Counted from the stretch's first letter, positions 21,234 through 32,229 are shown. The stretch: DNA of 64,000 nucleotides from an uncultured Planctomycetaceae bacterium (GCA_963976765.1 CAXBME010000009.1:124001-188000), one strand, 5' to 3'. Made by a program: numbers and translations. The notes: generated by a model from the letters alone, not told the origin.

Positions 21234-23953
21234 GTGTGATGTCCATTCTTCGAACATACGGTTTTCTCATCGCCGTGATCGCGATCAACCACGCGGCCAT
21301 CGGTCACGCAGCCGACTCCCCGGCGACGTTTCTGCGCGGACTGAATCTCAACGGCCCGGTGGTCACGATCGATGGCAATCGCTGGGACGGCAAAGACGCG
21401 AAGCAGTACGTTTGTAAAGACAAAGCGTTCGACAGTCAGCGCATCGAACTGCTTCCGCCGACCGATGCCGATCGCTCGAAGATGCTGCGATCCAGTCGCT
21501 GGGGCGGGAACCGCGTCGAGCTGTCGGGGATTCCGAACGGTCGCTGCACGGTGTTCCTCTACGTGTGGGAAGACAATCAGCCGGAGACGTACACGGTGTC
21601 GCTGAACGGTCGCGAAGTTCAGCGGCAGTACCGCAGCGGGCCGGCGGGGAAGTGGGATCGGCTCGGTCCGTGGTTTGTGGATGTCACTGATGAAAAGATC
21701 GTGCTCACCAGTCAGGGCGGAGCCGCGAACTTTTCCGGCGTCGAAATCTGGCGCGGCGAGCACGATGGCCATGTCGTACTTCCGGAAGAGCAGCTCGCAT
21801 TCTTCGAGAAACGCATCCGGCCGCTGCTGATTGCGAAGTGCTATGAATGCCACAGTCAGGAGTCGGATGAAGTCGCCGGTCGATTGCTGGTTGATTCCGC
21901 TCCGACGATGCGGCGCGGCGGTGACACCGGTCCGGCGATCATGCCGGGTAACCTCGATAGGAGTCTCTTGATTGAGGCCGTGCGGTACGGCAACAAAGAC
22001 CTGCAGATGCCGCCCGACGAGCAGTTGTCGGCGACCGATATCCGGGATCTCGAAGAGTGGGTCCGCATGGGGGCTCCCGATCCGCGGCACACCGCGACGA
22101 AAATTCCGCGACGCACGATCGACGTCGCGAAAGCCCGCGAATTCTGGTCGTTTCGGCCGGTCACCGATCCCGCTCCGCCCGAGGTTCAAGATGCCGAGTG
22201 GCCGTTGAGCGAAATCGACCGCTTCATTCTTGCGAAACTCGAACAGGCGAAATTGAAACCCGTCGGCCCGGCTGACAAACGGACTCTGATCCGCCGCGCG
22301 ACGTACGATCTGACCGGTCTGCCGCCGAGTCCTCAGGACATCGCCGCGTTCCTGGCCGACGATTCACGAGAGGCGTTTTCGCGAGTCGTTGATCGGCTGC
22401 TCGACTCGCCGCAGTACGGCGAGCGCTGGGGCCGGCACTGGATGGACCTCGTCCGCTACGCCGACACAGCGGGCGAGAATTCGGACTACCCGATCCCGCA
22501 GGCGTACCTTTACCGCAACTACATCATCGACTCGTTCAACGCCGACAAGCCGTACGACGAGTTCATTCGCGAACAGATCGCCGGCGACCTGCTGCCGGCC
22601 GCCAGCGACGCAGAACGCAACGAACACATCATCGCGACCGGCTACATCGCGATCTCGCGGCGCTTCGGTTCCGTGATTCAGGATTACCCGCAGCACCTCA
22701 CGATTGAAGACACGATCGACAATCTCGGTCGCGTGTTTCAGGGGCTGACGCTGTCGTGCTCACGCTGTCACGATCACAAATTCGATCCAGTACTACAGAC
22801 CGACTATTACGCGCTGTACGGGATCTTTAACAGCACACAGTACCCGTTCCCCGGCATCGAACTTGACAAGAAGCCACGCGACTTCGCACCGCTGTACGAG
22901 AACGGTAAGCCTGGTAAGTCGCTGGCGTATGCCGTGTCGGAAGCCCGCGCCGCCGACGCCGCTCTGCAGATTCGCGGCGAACCGAAGAAACCGGGAGAGG
23001 TCGTGCCACGCGGCTTTGTGGAACTGCTCGGCGGGCAATCGCTGTCCGACGACGAAGCAAAGCAGAGCGGTCGACGACAGCTCGCAGACTGGCTGACCGA
23101 TCGCAGAAACCCGTTGACGGCCCGTGTCATGGTCAACCGCATCTGGCAGTTCCACTTCGGATCAGGGCTGGTGCCGACTCCGAGCGACTTCGGTCACCGA
23201 GGTCAGCCGCCGAGCCACCCGGAACTGCTCGACTGGCTGGCAACGCGTTTCCTGAAGGACGGCTGGTCGATTAAGTCGATGCACCGACTGATTATGAATT
23301 CGCGCGTGTACCAGTTGGATTCGAAAGCTGTCGCTGACGGTCAGGCCGCGTTGCTGGATCCCGACAATCGGTTGCGCTGGCGATTCAATCGGCATCGGCT
23401 CGACGCGGAGTCGCTGCGTGACACGCTGCTGCTGCTGAGCGGCGAACTTGACTCGTCGATGATGACTGAACCGCATCCGTTTCCACCGGTCGATAAGTGG
23501 CAGTTCACTCAGCATCACCCGTTCCGGGACAGCTACGAGAGCAACCGTCGCAGCGTTTACCTGATGACCGCGCGGCTGAACACTCGCCCGTTCTTCACAA
23601 CGTTTGATGGTGCTGACCGGAATGCGTCGACAGCGGTCCGGGACAGTTCCGTCACAACCGTGCAATCACTGTTTCTGTTGAACAATGAATTCACCCATCA
23701 ACGGGCGGACAAGTTCGCCGTTCGTCTACTCAGCGAAGCATCCTCGGACACCGACCGCTTGAAACTCGCTTTTGAACTGGCCACCGGACGACTTCCAACT
23801 ACCAACGAACAAGCCGCAACCGGTGAGTATTTTCAACGCCTCAAACGAGTGCTTGAGTCATCACAACCAACTGCTCAAAACATCGACCACGAACTGTGGA
23901 GCAGCTTTGCGCGATCGCTGTTTCGTACCAACGAGTTTCTCTATGTGGATTAG
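21230..23953 (+). CDS. planctomycete cytochrome c + DUF1549 + DUF1553 protein with N-terminal beta-sandwich domain
   Basis: FFEKRIRPLL..KCYECH, QMPP, LIRRATYDLTGLPP, YGERWGRHWMD, CSRCHDHKFDP, RVMVNRIWQFHFG, PSHPELLDWLA. Confidence 0.93.
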   Translation: MSVMSILRTYGFLIAVIAINHAAIGHAADSPATFLRGLNLNGPVVTIDGNRWDGKDAKQYVCKDKAFDSQRIELLPPTDADRSKMLRSSRWGGNRVELSGIPNGRCTVFLYVWEDNQPETYTVSLNGREVQRQYRSGPAGKWDRLGPWFVDVTDEKIVLTSQGGAANFSGVEIWRGEHDGHVVLPEEQLAFFEKRIRPLLIAKCYECHSQESDEVAGRLLVDSAPTMRRGGDTGPAIMPGNLDRSLLIEAVRYGNKDLQMPPDEQLSATDIRDLEEWVRMGAPDPRHTATKIPRRTIDVAKAREFWSFRPVTDPAPPEVQDAEWPLSEIDRFILAKLEQAKLKPVGPADKRTLIRRATYDLTGLPPSPQDIAAFLADDSREAFSRVVDRLLDSPQYGERWGRHWMDLVRYADTAGENSDYPIPQAYLYRNYIIDSFNADKPYDEFIREQIAGDLLPAASDAERNEHIIATGYIAISRRFGSVIQDYPQHLTIEDTIDNLGRVFQGLTLSCSRCHDHKFDPVLQTDYYALYGIFNSTQYPFPGIELDKKPRDFAPLYENGKPGKSLAYAVSEARAADAALQIRGEPKKPGEVVPRGFVELLGGQSLSDDEAKQSGRRQLADWLTDRRNPLTARVMVNRIWQFHFGSGLVPTPSDFGHRGQPPSHPELLDWLATRFLKDGWSIKSMHRLIMNSRVYQLDSKAVADGQAALLDPDNRLRWRFNRHRLDAESLRDTLLLLSGELDSSMMTEPHPFPPVDKWQFTQHHPFRDSYESNRRSVYLMTARLNTRPFFTTFDGADRNASTAVRDSSVTTVQSLFLLNNEFTHQRADKFAVRLLSEASSDTDRLKLAFELATGRLPTTNEQAATGEYFQRLKRVLESSQPTAQNIDHELWSSFARSLFRTNEFLYVD

Positions 23954-23959
23954 AGGTCG

Positions 23960-25333
23960 ATGATTATGAATCCGTCTCACTTCGATTTTTCACGGCGATC
24001 ACTGATCCGGTCCATGGTCGGCAGCTCGATGTTGCTGCCGGGGATTCTTTCCGAACTGCTGGCTGAGGATGCGGCGCGGGCGTCGTCGAGCGATCCGCTA
24101 GCCGAGAAACCGGCTCAGTTTCCGCCGAAAGCGAAGCGAGTGATCTTCGTGTTTGCGACCGGAGGCGTGTCGCATATCGACTCGTTCGATCCGAAATCGT
24201 CGAAGAACGGTCGCGATGGAAACGGCAAAGACAAGCTGATGGGCAGCGTGTTTCCTTACAGCGCCAACAAACGCTGCGGGACCGAGGTCACCGATCTGTT
24301 CCCGCACCTGCGCGACTCGATGGAAGATATTTGTGTGATTCGCTCGATGAAGTCGGCTCACTTCGATCACACGGAAGCCGCCGTCGGGATGCACACCGGG
24401 TCGCCGACGTTTGCTCGGCCCAGCATGGGTTCGTGGCTCAGTTACGGGCTCGGCACGGTGAACCAGAATCTGCCGTCGTTCATCGTCATCGCTCCGCACT
24501 TGCCGTACGGCGGGACTCAGGTTTACGCCAGCGATTTTCTGCCGGCCTACCATCAGGGCACGCGCGTCATTCCCGGCGAGCAGCCGATCGAAAATCTTGT
24601 CGCAAGAACTCAGCAGCGACAGATTCAGGAACTGGAACTCGGACTGACGGCGACTCTGAATCGAGGGCACCTTCAGTTGCGGCAGGATGACTCGACGCTC
24701 GCAGCCAGAATGAAATCGTTCGAGACGGCGTTTCAGATGCAGACGGCCGGGCCGGAAGCGTTTGACGTCGCCAGCGAAGACGAGCGCACGCACGAGATGT
24801 ACGGGCTCAAGAGAGGTGACACAAAAAGCTTTGCGTGGCAGTGTGTCGTCGCTCGTCGACTGGCAGAACGCGGAGTGCGGTTTATTGAGTTGGTCGATAC
24901 CGGCTCGCGCCCGAACTGGGATTCGCACGGCGAAATGAACGAGCACGTCCCACTGGCAAAGGCCGTCGACCAGCCACTCGCCGCCTTGATCCGCGACTTG
25001 AAACAGCGCGCCATGTTCGACGAAACGCTGATCGTGTGGGCGACAGAATTCGGTCGCACGCCGGGTAAAGAGGGAAAGCATGGACGCGGCCATCACGGCG
25101 ACTGCTTTTCCGTCTGGCTGGCCGGCGGCGGGATCAAAGGCGGCATTGTGCACGGCGAGACGGACGATATTGGCAAGTCGATCGCACGGGACAAAGTCGA
25201 TGTTCACGACCTGCACGCGACGATTCTGCATCTGATGGGCATCGACCATACGAAGCTGACCTATCGCCACTCAGGTCGCGACTTTCGGCTGACCGACGTG
25301 CATGGCCATGTCGTGCAGCAGGTTCTGGCGTAA
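23960..25333 (+). CDS. DUF1501 domain protein
   Basis: Tat-like SRR, AKRVIF.F..GGVSHIDSFDPK, RPSMGSWLSYGLG, ARRLAERGVRF, TEFGRTP, DLHATILHLMG, FRLTDVHG. Confidence 0.93.
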   Translation: MIMNPSHFDFSRRSLIRSMVGSSMLLPGILSELLAEDAARASSSDPLAEKPAQFPPKAKRVIFVFATGGVSHIDSFDPKSSKNGRDGNGKDKLMGSVFPYSANKRCGTEVTDLFPHLRDSMEDICVIRSMKSAHFDHTEAAVGMHTGSPTFARPSMGSWLSYGLGTVNQNLPSFIVIAPHLPYGGTQVYASDFLPAYHQGTRVIPGEQPIENLVARTQQRQIQELELGLTATLNRGHLQLRQDDSTLAARMKSFETAFQMQTAGPEAFDVASEDERTHEMYGLKRGDTKSFAWQCVVARRLAERGVRFIELVDTGSRPNWDSHGEMNEHVPLAKAVDQPLAALIRDLKQRAMFDETLIVWATEFGRTPGKEGKHGRGHHGDCFSVWLAGGGIKGGIVHGETDDIGKSIARDKVDVHDLHATILHLMGIDHTKLTYRHSGRDFRLTDVHGHVVQQVLA

Positions 25334-25401
25334 GGCAACACAACAATTCGCACTCCGGCAGGATCGGCAACCGCAGCGTTAACACGATCCGAGGACAACG
25401 T

Positions 25402-26760
25402 TCAAAAATCGACCTGAGCCCGCATCGCCACAATGTCAGCGTCGCTATCGCCCACGCCGGCAGTCTTCAGGAAGGCGTGCACATAGTTGATCTGAAATTT
25501 TGCGTAACGGTTGAGGTACCAGTTAAACCCCGCCGTCAGGTCGTGCAGCTGTCCGCCGTTAATACCACCATCATTCAGATCGAGATACGACCAGCGGGCT
25601 GCAATCTCCCACGCGCCGCTGTGACCACCGCCAAAGTTCTGATCAGGCGTAATGCGACCCAGGACTCCGTTCTTGCGGTCGTACGGTCGGTGTTCCCCCG
25701 TGAGAATCCAGCCGGTCTGAATCGACGCTCCCGAGAACGTCGCCGAGCCGGCGGCTTTGCGATCCACAAACGCGTAGATGACTTCGCCCTGAGCATGCCA
25801 CGGCCCCGACGTCGCAGCAAGTTCGCCGCCAAACAAGCTCACCGTGTTCGTCGAAATGCCCAGCGTATCGACGAAAAACGGAGTCGCTCCCAGAACCGAA
25901 TCCGAGACAAAGAATTCTGGCTGATTACGGTATTCGACGGTGTCAGTGGACGGGTCGATCAAACTGTAGGCGCCGCCGACGTGCACGACCGAGTCGGCTC
26001 CGTGTTCGGTCAGCACACCAGTGAGACGCGTTGCCAGACCATAGCCGCCGTTGTCTCCGACGTTCCCGGAAAAGGCGTCGACCGGAGCTCGGAAGCCGGA
26101 GAACCACCACGTCATGTCTTCCTGCTCGCTCATCCCGTGAGCCATCACGCCAATTTGCCGGAACGGAAGAAATGCAAACGGCAATCCACGTTCAAGAAAC
26201 GTCAGCTCTTTGACGCTCGTCAATCCGTCGAGCCCGAACGGCTGTCGGTACTGGCCGAAGCGGACGTTCTGTAACACGTCCAGATTGCGAACCTCGCCCC
26301 ACACATCCATGAAGTTCGGTCGTCCCGGAAACGCGAAATCCATTTCGAGCATGTAGCCGACATTCTCAGCGACGTTGCCGGTTGCAGCCAGACGGGCTCG
26401 ACGGAAATCGGCTCCATCGTGGAGGTCTCCGACGACCGTCTGATTGAGATTGCTCTGCGATGCCCAGCCGACGTCGGCCTGAAAGAAGCCAGTGAGCTTT
26501 GCCGTGGGATAATCAGGAGCCTCACAGCCGGAAGCACCGTTCAAATGCCAGGTCGCAAACGATGCGTGCTCGATGGCGCCGGCATCGTCGGGGTCACTAT
26601 GTCGCAACTGGTCAACCAGCGATTCAAGCCGATCGATGCGCGACCTCAATTCCTGGTTCTCACGAGCAAACGGGTCAGGGTCCTGAGCAGTCAGACTCGC
26701 TGGCAGCAGACACAAAGTCGCGGCTGCAATCGCAATGGCAGAAACAGGGAACTTGAACAT
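25402..26760 (-). CDS. OprO/OprP-family phosphate-selective porin
   Basis: GADFRRARL, FLERGLP, GWILTGEHRPY, GAWEIAARWSYLDL, GFNWYLN, terminal Phe. Start chosen after AAGGA. Confidence 0.88.
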   Translation of the reverse strand: MFKFPVSAIAIAAATLCLLPASLTAQDPDPFARENQELRSRIDRLESLVDQLRHSDPDDAGAIEHASFATWHLNGASGCEAPDYPTAKLTGFFQADVGWASQSNLNQTVVGDLHDGADFRRARLAATGNVAENVGYMLEMDFAFPGRPNFMDVWGEVRNLDVLQNVRFGQYRQPFGLDGLTSVKELTFLERGLPFAFLPFRQIGVMAHGMSEQEDMTWWFSGFRAPVDAFSGNVGDNGGYGLATRLTGVLTEHGADSVVHVGGAYSLIDPSTDTVEYRNQPEFFVSDSVLGATPFFVDTLGISTNTVSLFGGELAATSGPWHAQGEVIYAFVDRKAAGSATFSGASIQTGWILTGEHRPYDRKNGVLGRITPDQNFGGGHSGAWEIAARWSYLDLNDGGINGGQLHDLTAGFNWYLNRYAKFQINYVHAFLKTAGVGDSDADIVAMRAQVDF

Positions 26761-27045
26761 GTTGGGCATCCTTACCGAACAGGCCAGAATCACCGCACCC
26801 GGTGCCACCGTCACCACAGCCAGCTGCAAAAACAGCTCCGCCTGGCCCACAACTCATGCAGAAGCTATGGCGAGCATGGCCAGAAGGCGCGATGAAATCA
26901 GTGTTTTCTGGAGTAAACGAAGGTGGGCTGACACACGTCGCATCAGACATTGAAGTGACTGTCACGAGCAATTGTCGGACGACGGGAACGGGAGTCTGCG
27001 GACGCTCAAACATCACGTCAATACGCATAGTTTTGCGTTGCAGAA

Positions 27046-27061
27046 CTGCAGAATGTTGCAG
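27046..27061. promoter_or_regulatory. candidate enhancer (bEBP) site
   Basis: CTGCA-GAATGT-TGCAG dyad between the porin and kinase genes; same geometry as the 18856 site. Confidence 0.4.
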
Positions 27062-27347
27062 CAATTCAAGGTACCGCGCGGGCTCTGTCCACAGGCTGGG
27101 CCACCGCACTGGTGACCGATCACGAAACTGGACAGACCCCAGGCAAAGCAGAAAGTCAGCAGCCGAATGCAGCGAGGCCCTTGCCTCAGCATGACTGGAG
27201 GATTGTGGCCGCCATTCTTCAATCCGCTGTTTAAGCCTTGTACGATCAGGCGGATCACCTGCAAACAACTGCATGTACCGTGCATTAATCTGCGTAAAAG
27301 CAGTGATCCTATTTCTGAACTGACGGGAAACAGAAAAAATTCCCGAC

Positions 27348-27362
27348 TGGCAGAAGATTTGC
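27348..27362 (+). promoter_or_regulatory. sigma54 -24/-12 promoter for the two-component operon
   Basis: TGGCAGAAGATTTGC. Confidence 0.65.
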
Positions 27363-27431
27363 ATGAGTTGTTTCCAGTTGGTCTTTGCAAGTCCAACGTT
27401 CGTCGACTGTCACGGAAACTGGCGAGCCTGC

Positions 27432-28787
27432 ATGTTCCGCGTTGAATCTGAAGAATCAGGTCGAAGGTATCGCCTGGCGATCGCAGGACTCCTCGTCCTG
27501 AGCGTGGCCGCGTTTTTCGTGACCGTGTGGGTCATGGTCGATTTTCTACGCGAGCAGGAAATTGTGCACGCCTTAATTGATCAGTTACCGCCGGATGCGG
27601 CACTGGCTGCTGAGGAACTGGAAGGCGAACTGCGCTGGCAGTTTCGACTGTCGATTCTGGTCGTGCTCAATCTTGTCGTGACCGCGCTGGCGGTGGTGCT
27701 GCTGTCTCGGGCGTATGGGACATCACAGGCGTCGCTGCGGGACATCAAAGCTAAAGCCAGCGACATTCTCAGCAGCATGGACCTGGCCGTGATCACAACC
27801 GATCGGGCCGGCATCGTCACCAGCATTAACCGTCGCGGAATTGAACTGCTGGCACTCGACGGGGACTACGTCGGACGCACTGTGTCGGAACTCACCGATC
27901 AGATTCCGCTTGAAGAGTTCCGCCAGAACGCTCAGGCCGAGTCCCGTGACGTGAAACCTCAGGATTATTCACTCACTGACGGCGGCACATCGCGTGTGCT
28001 GCGAACCTTCTGTCAGCCGATGAAAAACTTCGAACTGGAAGACATCGGCAGCATCATTCAGCTCCGCGAGGTCACCGAGCGGGTCCTGATGGAAGAACGT
28101 CTGCGACGGATGGAACGCTACATGGGACTCGGTTCGCTCGCCGCCGGCCTGCATCACGAGATCAAGAACCCGCTGGCCGCTTTGTCACTGCATGTTCAAT
28201 TACTCGAAGAGGAACTTGACGATTCCGAAGTGACTGACGACGTCCTGCAGATGCTGAGTGTGATCAAGACCGAGGTCACGCGCATCGGTAGCGTGCTGGA
28301 AAACTTCCGCGACTTTGCTTCGATGGCACGGCTGAATACCGGCACCGTTGACCTCGCCGCCCTGATTGAACGGCAGGTCCGACTGATTGCCCCGCAAGCC
28401 AACCAGCAGCACATCGAGGTTCATGTTGACTGCGATGCGGACCTGCCGCCAATCGACTCAGACCGCGTACGACTCGAACAGGTGCTGCTCAATCTGCTCG
28501 TGAACTCCATGGAAGCCATGCCCGACGGTGGGACTCTTACGGTGCGGGCCGGGCGAAAGAATTCGTCGAACGGCACGTCGGTGAGCATACGCGTGATCGA
28601 TACCGGCCCGGGAATTGCGGAAAGCATCCGCGATCGAATCTTCGACCCGTACTTCACAACCAGGAGCCAGGGCACCGGCATGGGACTTGCCTTGTGCGAT
28701 AAGATCATGCGGCAACATGACGGAAGCCTCGAATTTCAGCTCACCGAGAACGAGACCGTGTTCGAGATGACGCTGCCGATTGGCTGA
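27432..28787 (+). CDS. PAS-containing sensor histidine kinase
   Basis: Two TMs, PAS, H-box AAGLHHEIKNPL, N-box QVLLNLLVNS, DTGPGI, GTGMGL. Confidence 0.92.
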   Translation: MFRVESEESGRRYRLAIAGLLVLSVAAFFVTVWVMVDFLREQEIVHALIDQLPPDAALAAEELEGELRWQFRLSILVVLNLVVTALAVVLLSRAYGTSQASLRDIKAKASDILSSMDLAVITTDRAGIVTSINRRGIELLALDGDYVGRTVSELTDQIPLEEFRQNAQAESRDVKPQDYSLTDGGTSRVLRTFCQPMKNFELEDIGSIIQLREVTERVLMEERLRRMERYMGLGSLAAGLHHEIKNPLAALSLHVQLLEEELDDSEVTDDVLQMLSVIKTEVTRIGSVLENFRDFASMARLNTGTVDLAALIERQVRLIAPQANQQHIEVHVDCDADLPPIDSDRVRLEQVLLNLLVNSMEAMPDGGTLTVRAGRKNSSNGTSVSIRVIDTGPGIAESIRDRIFDPYFTTRSQGTGMGLALCDKIMRQHDGSLEFQLTENETVFEMTLPIG

Positions 28788-28817
28788 GCCCCGATTCAAA
28801 GAAAGTCCCCTGACGCC

Positions 28818-30176
28818 GTGAACAGTGAATTCCATATTCTGATCGTCGATGACGAACCCAATATTCGTTCGGGACTGGCCAAAGGTCTGGAGAAACTCGC
28901 CGACGTCATCGAGACCGCTGGTACCGTGAACGAAGCACTGGACAAATTCGACGCGGGTAATTTTCAACTGGTGATCGTCGATGTACGACTGCCAGGTGAC
29001 CGCGACGGCCTCGACTTCGTGTCGCTTGTCCATGAACGGAAACCTGAAACGACGGTTATCGTTATCACCGCACATGGCACAATGGAAACCGCTGTCGACG
29101 CCATGCGGCGAGGCGCCTTTGACTTCATCACCAAACCCGTCGATCTCAATCTGATTCGTCAACAGGTCGGCAAGGCGCTCGAACATCACCGACTGCGTGC
29201 CGAGAACCGGGAACTCAAAGACCGACTGGCCAACGCCGGTGAGATCTCCGGCATCATTGGCAACTGCGCCGCGATGCAGGATGTGTTCCAGCAGATTCGC
29301 CAGGTCGCCGACACCGACGCGACAGTCTTCATTCAGGGTGAAAGCGGAACCGGCAAAGAACTCATCGCCCGCGCGCTGCATGACCTGAGCGTTCGCAGCA
29401 GTGGCCCGTTCATCGCCGTGAATCTTGGAGCCCTGCCGGAAACGCTTCTCGAAAGTGAACTGTTTGGTCATGAAAAAGGTTCGTTCACGGGAGCCACTCG
29501 TCAGAAGCCCGGCTGCTTCGAACAGTCCCGCCACGGAACACTGTTCCTGGACGAGATCACCGAAATCCCTGCGAAGAGCCAGGTCGACCTGCTGCGAGTT
29601 CTCGAAACCGGTCAGTTCATGCGCGTCGGCGGTGAGAACCTGCTGGAATCAGATGCCCGCATCGTTTCAGCCACAAACAAAGAAGTGCAGCACCTGATCG
29701 ACGATGGCACGTTTCGCGACGATCTCTACTACCGACTCAACATTGTGCCGATTCAGATTCCGGCGCTGCGGGAGCGCCGTGAAGACATCCCGCTGCTGGT
29801 AGAACACTTTCTGAACCACTTCTGCCAGCGCCACAACCGTCCTGCCAAACGAGTTGCCGACGAAGCCATGCACGTCCTCACTGCAGCCACCTGGCCGGGC
29901 AATGTCCGTCAACTCCGCAACGTCATGGAACGTCTGGTCGTGACAATTAGCGACGACGTCATTACTGCCGAACGTCTCCCAAGCGAGCTGCATCCAGCCA
30001 ACCATGCGGCAGCCGGAAGCATCCGCCAACTGTCCGATGCCACCGAAGCAGCCGAAAAAGATGCCATCCAGGCCGCACTCGCCGCGTCGAACTGCCACCG
30101 CGAAGAAACAGCCAAAGCTTTGGGCATCAGCATCCGAACGCTGCACTACAAAATGAACCGTTACGGTCTGCACTGA
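28818..30176 (+). CDS. sigma54-dependent response regulator (NtrC/AtoC family)
   Basis: Receiver (VDDE..D), GESGTGKE, GSFTGA, LFLDEI, WPGNVRQL, Fis-type HTH. Confidence 0.95.
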   Translation: MNSEFHILIVDDEPNIRSGLAKGLEKLADVIETAGTVNEALDKFDAGNFQLVIVDVRLPGDRDGLDFVSLVHERKPETTVIVITAHGTMETAVDAMRRGAFDFITKPVDLNLIRQQVGKALEHHRLRAENRELKDRLANAGEISGIIGNCAAMQDVFQQIRQVADTDATVFIQGESGTGKELIARALHDLSVRSSGPFIAVNLGALPETLLESELFGHEKGSFTGATRQKPGCFEQSRHGTLFLDEITEIPAKSQVDLLRVLETGQFMRVGGENLLESDARIVSATNKEVQHLIDDGTFRDDLYYRLNIVPIQIPALRERREDIPLLVEHFLNHFCQRHNRPAKRVADEAMHVLTAATWPGNVRQLRNVMERLVVTISDDVITAERLPSELHPANHAAAGSIRQLSDATEAAEKDAIQAALAASNCHREETAKALGISIRTLHYKMNRYGLH

Positions 30177-30463
30177 TCGCTGCTGCATCGGCAGAAAAGC
30201 GTTTGCAACGGAAGCAAAACCAGCAGGACACCGATCCTGATCGCGTTGTTCTTATCGACGAAGCGTGCATTGTTCCAATTCTTAAGAACTCCATTTGGGT
30301 ACTCTCATTACGAATGAGCAACCATCGAATCGGTCGTTCAGCCAGTACACCGGCAGTTCAGAAACCTCTGGCAGGTTGCTGCAACGGGTATCGGATTCGG
30401 CAGATCGAAGTCTCGCTGGATCCGTACTGCACGTTTCTATTCAACTGACTATTGCTGTACCGA

Positions 30464-30712
30464 CTAACTTTGCGGCACGCTGATTTCTGCCAGCAGGTTG
30501 ATTTCTTCCTTTTGAAATCGAGCCTGCCCGCGTTGCAGGATGTCTTCCCAGTCGACTCCACTGCGTTTGCAGATGTGCATGATGTCGGTCACCAGCCAGG
30601 ACATTGCCTCATCAACCGGTTCACCACCAAGCCCCTGTGGTAGCCATGTGTAATGTCTGGATCGAATAATCTCATCGACGTGCTCCAGCCAGTGATCTCG
30701 TTGAACGCTCAT
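30464..30712 (-). CDS. hypothetical protein
   Basis: 82 aa ORF with GGAGG RBS, co-oriented downstream of the CMD gene. Confidence 0.6.
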   Translation of the reverse strand: MSVQRDHWLEHVDEIIRSRHYTWLPQGLGGEPVDEAMSWLVTDIMHICKRSGVDWEDILQRGQARFQKEEINLLAEISVPQS

Positions 30713-30796
30713 CGTTTGTCCTCCTGTCTGAAAAACAAATGGTCTGGAGCAGTCGCCTCAGCAGCAGCTTTCGGTGACTGCGGCGTCATTGTCATT

Positions 30797-31333
30797 CTAT
30801 TTCTGAAACTGCTCGTCCACTGGAGTGTCAATCAGCGCGTTGGTGTAATTACTCAACGTTTTCAACGAGACACCCAGTATGACCTCCAGAGCCGACTGCC
30901 TGGAGTAGCCAGCGTCGATGAATGTCTGCAGCTGATTCTCCGGTACGTTGCCTCGTCGCTCGACAATGGCAATTGTGAATTGTCTCAATGCTTCGAATCT
31001 TCCATCGCTGATCGCTTCGCCAGACGTCAACGCGGCAAGATCCTCGTCAGACAGGCCTGCCTGTTTCGCCAGCGGAGAGTGAGCGGGGATGCAATAGTGG
31101 CACTCGTTAACCGTACTGGCTGTCAGCAGGACGATCTGTTGTTCGAGATCGCTCAGTGATGACTTCGCCAGAAACTCGGTGACCTTGAGATACGTCTCCA
31201 GCACTGCCGGCGCTTCGGCCATCGCTTTAAGTAGATTGGGGACGAACCCGAACTGTTCCTCAGCGGCCTGCATCAATGTTTGAGCTGCTTCAGGAGCAGT
31301 TTCCGTGGCGTGTAATTCGAAACCGTATCTCAT
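30797..31333 (-). CDS. carboxymuconolactone decarboxylase / AhpD-like protein
   Basis: FGFVPNL, E.QIV.L.AS..NECHYCIPAH, KTLSNY.N. Confidence 0.9.
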   Translation of the reverse strand: MRYGFELHATETAPEAAQTLMQAAEEQFGFVPNLLKAMAEAPAVLETYLKVTEFLAKSSLSDLEQQIVLLTASTVNECHYCIPAHSPLAKQAGLSDEDLAALTSGEAISDGRFEALRQFTIAIVERRGNVPENQLQTFIDAGYSRQSALEVILGVSLKTLSNYTNALIDTPVDEQFQK

Positions 31334-31432
31334 GACATTTCTCTTGAAGTGTGAATCTGAGGTGAATTCGCTGGAAGTTCAGGCTGATCGTCAGACCTGT
31401 CTCCTGAAGAGCCAAACCTTCGCGAGCATGTA

Positions 31433-31447
31433 GCGAATCCTGTTCCA
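31433..31447 (-). promoter_or_regulatory. sigma54-like promoter
   Basis: Minus strand TGGAACAGGATTCGC (GG-N10-GC). Confidence 0.45.
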
Positions 31448-31647
31448 CAACCTCCGGGCAACGATGGCAGGCCGACTGAACAGCTTCTGCCAGCAGACGG
31501 GTTCAATAGAAGTTATGCCAGGCCCGAGGGATCCCTCTGATATTTTCCTGGCTGATGACGATTCATTTCGATCCGGTATCGACCAGACAGATTGCTGAAA
31601 AGACAGATGCAGACAGGGCGGTCGAGTATTCAATGCCCAGACAACAC

Positions 31648-31662
31648 CGGCGCGCCGATTGC
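31648..31662 (+). promoter_or_regulatory. sigma54-like promoter
   Basis: CGGCGCGCCGATTGC, ending 52 nt before the ATG at 31714. Confidence 0.5.
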
Positions 31663-31713
31663 TCTCTCAGTAAAACCCCATTCATTCGTCACTTCTTTGA
31701 GAGGAACTCAGCC

Positions 31714-32229
31714 ATGAGCACGACCCCAACCGTGGACTATCCCATCAGGGCTGCTGTCTTTGAAACAACGCTCGGCGCGGCGCGGGCCGTGAAAGATCTG
31801 AGGGCTGCCGGATTCTCGGCCGATCAGATCAGCGTGATCTGCTCGCGTGAGCACGCTCACAAGCACTTTGGAGAATACCGCGAAACGACGACCGGCGAGC
31901 AGACATCTCACACGATCGACCCGTCGGCGGTGGCGGCACTTGGAATCGGAAGAACGGCCTTCGCCTCGGCGGTTGTTCTTTCAGGAGGTAGAGCGTTGAT
32001 CGCACTTGGAGCGTTTGCCAGCGTCACGCTGACAGGGACTCTGGCATCGATTTTCGCATCGCGTGGAGTTGAAAAAGATGCCATCGACTTTCACGAACAG
32101 TCACTTCACGCAGGTGATTTGCTCGTTGCTGTCGAAGGTCACGATGACGACGCTGAACAATGGCTTGATCACGCAGACCAGGTCTTCGCTGACGCCGGCG
32201 CCAAACCACTGTCACTGCCTGAAGGGTAA
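31714..32229 (+). CDS. general stress protein (YflT-like) membrane protein
   Basis: AVF.....A.RAVKDLRAAGFSADQISVI, hydrophobic middle, G.LLVAV; GAGG RBS. Confidence 0.7.
   Translation: MSTTPTVDYPIRAAVFETTLGAARAVKDLRAAGFSADQISVICSREHAHKHFGEYRETTTGEQTSHTIDPSAVAALGIGRTAFASAVVLSGGRALIALGAFASVTLTGTLASIFASRGVEKDAIDFHEQSLHAGDLLVAVEGHDDDAEQWLDHADQVFADAGAKPLSLPEG

Noticed and set aside
19257..29534. Long antisense ORFs (e.g. 19257-20333, 21194-22189, 24098-25270, 28458-29534)
   Set aside because: They shadow well-supported genes in GC-rich DNA and have no recognisable motifs.
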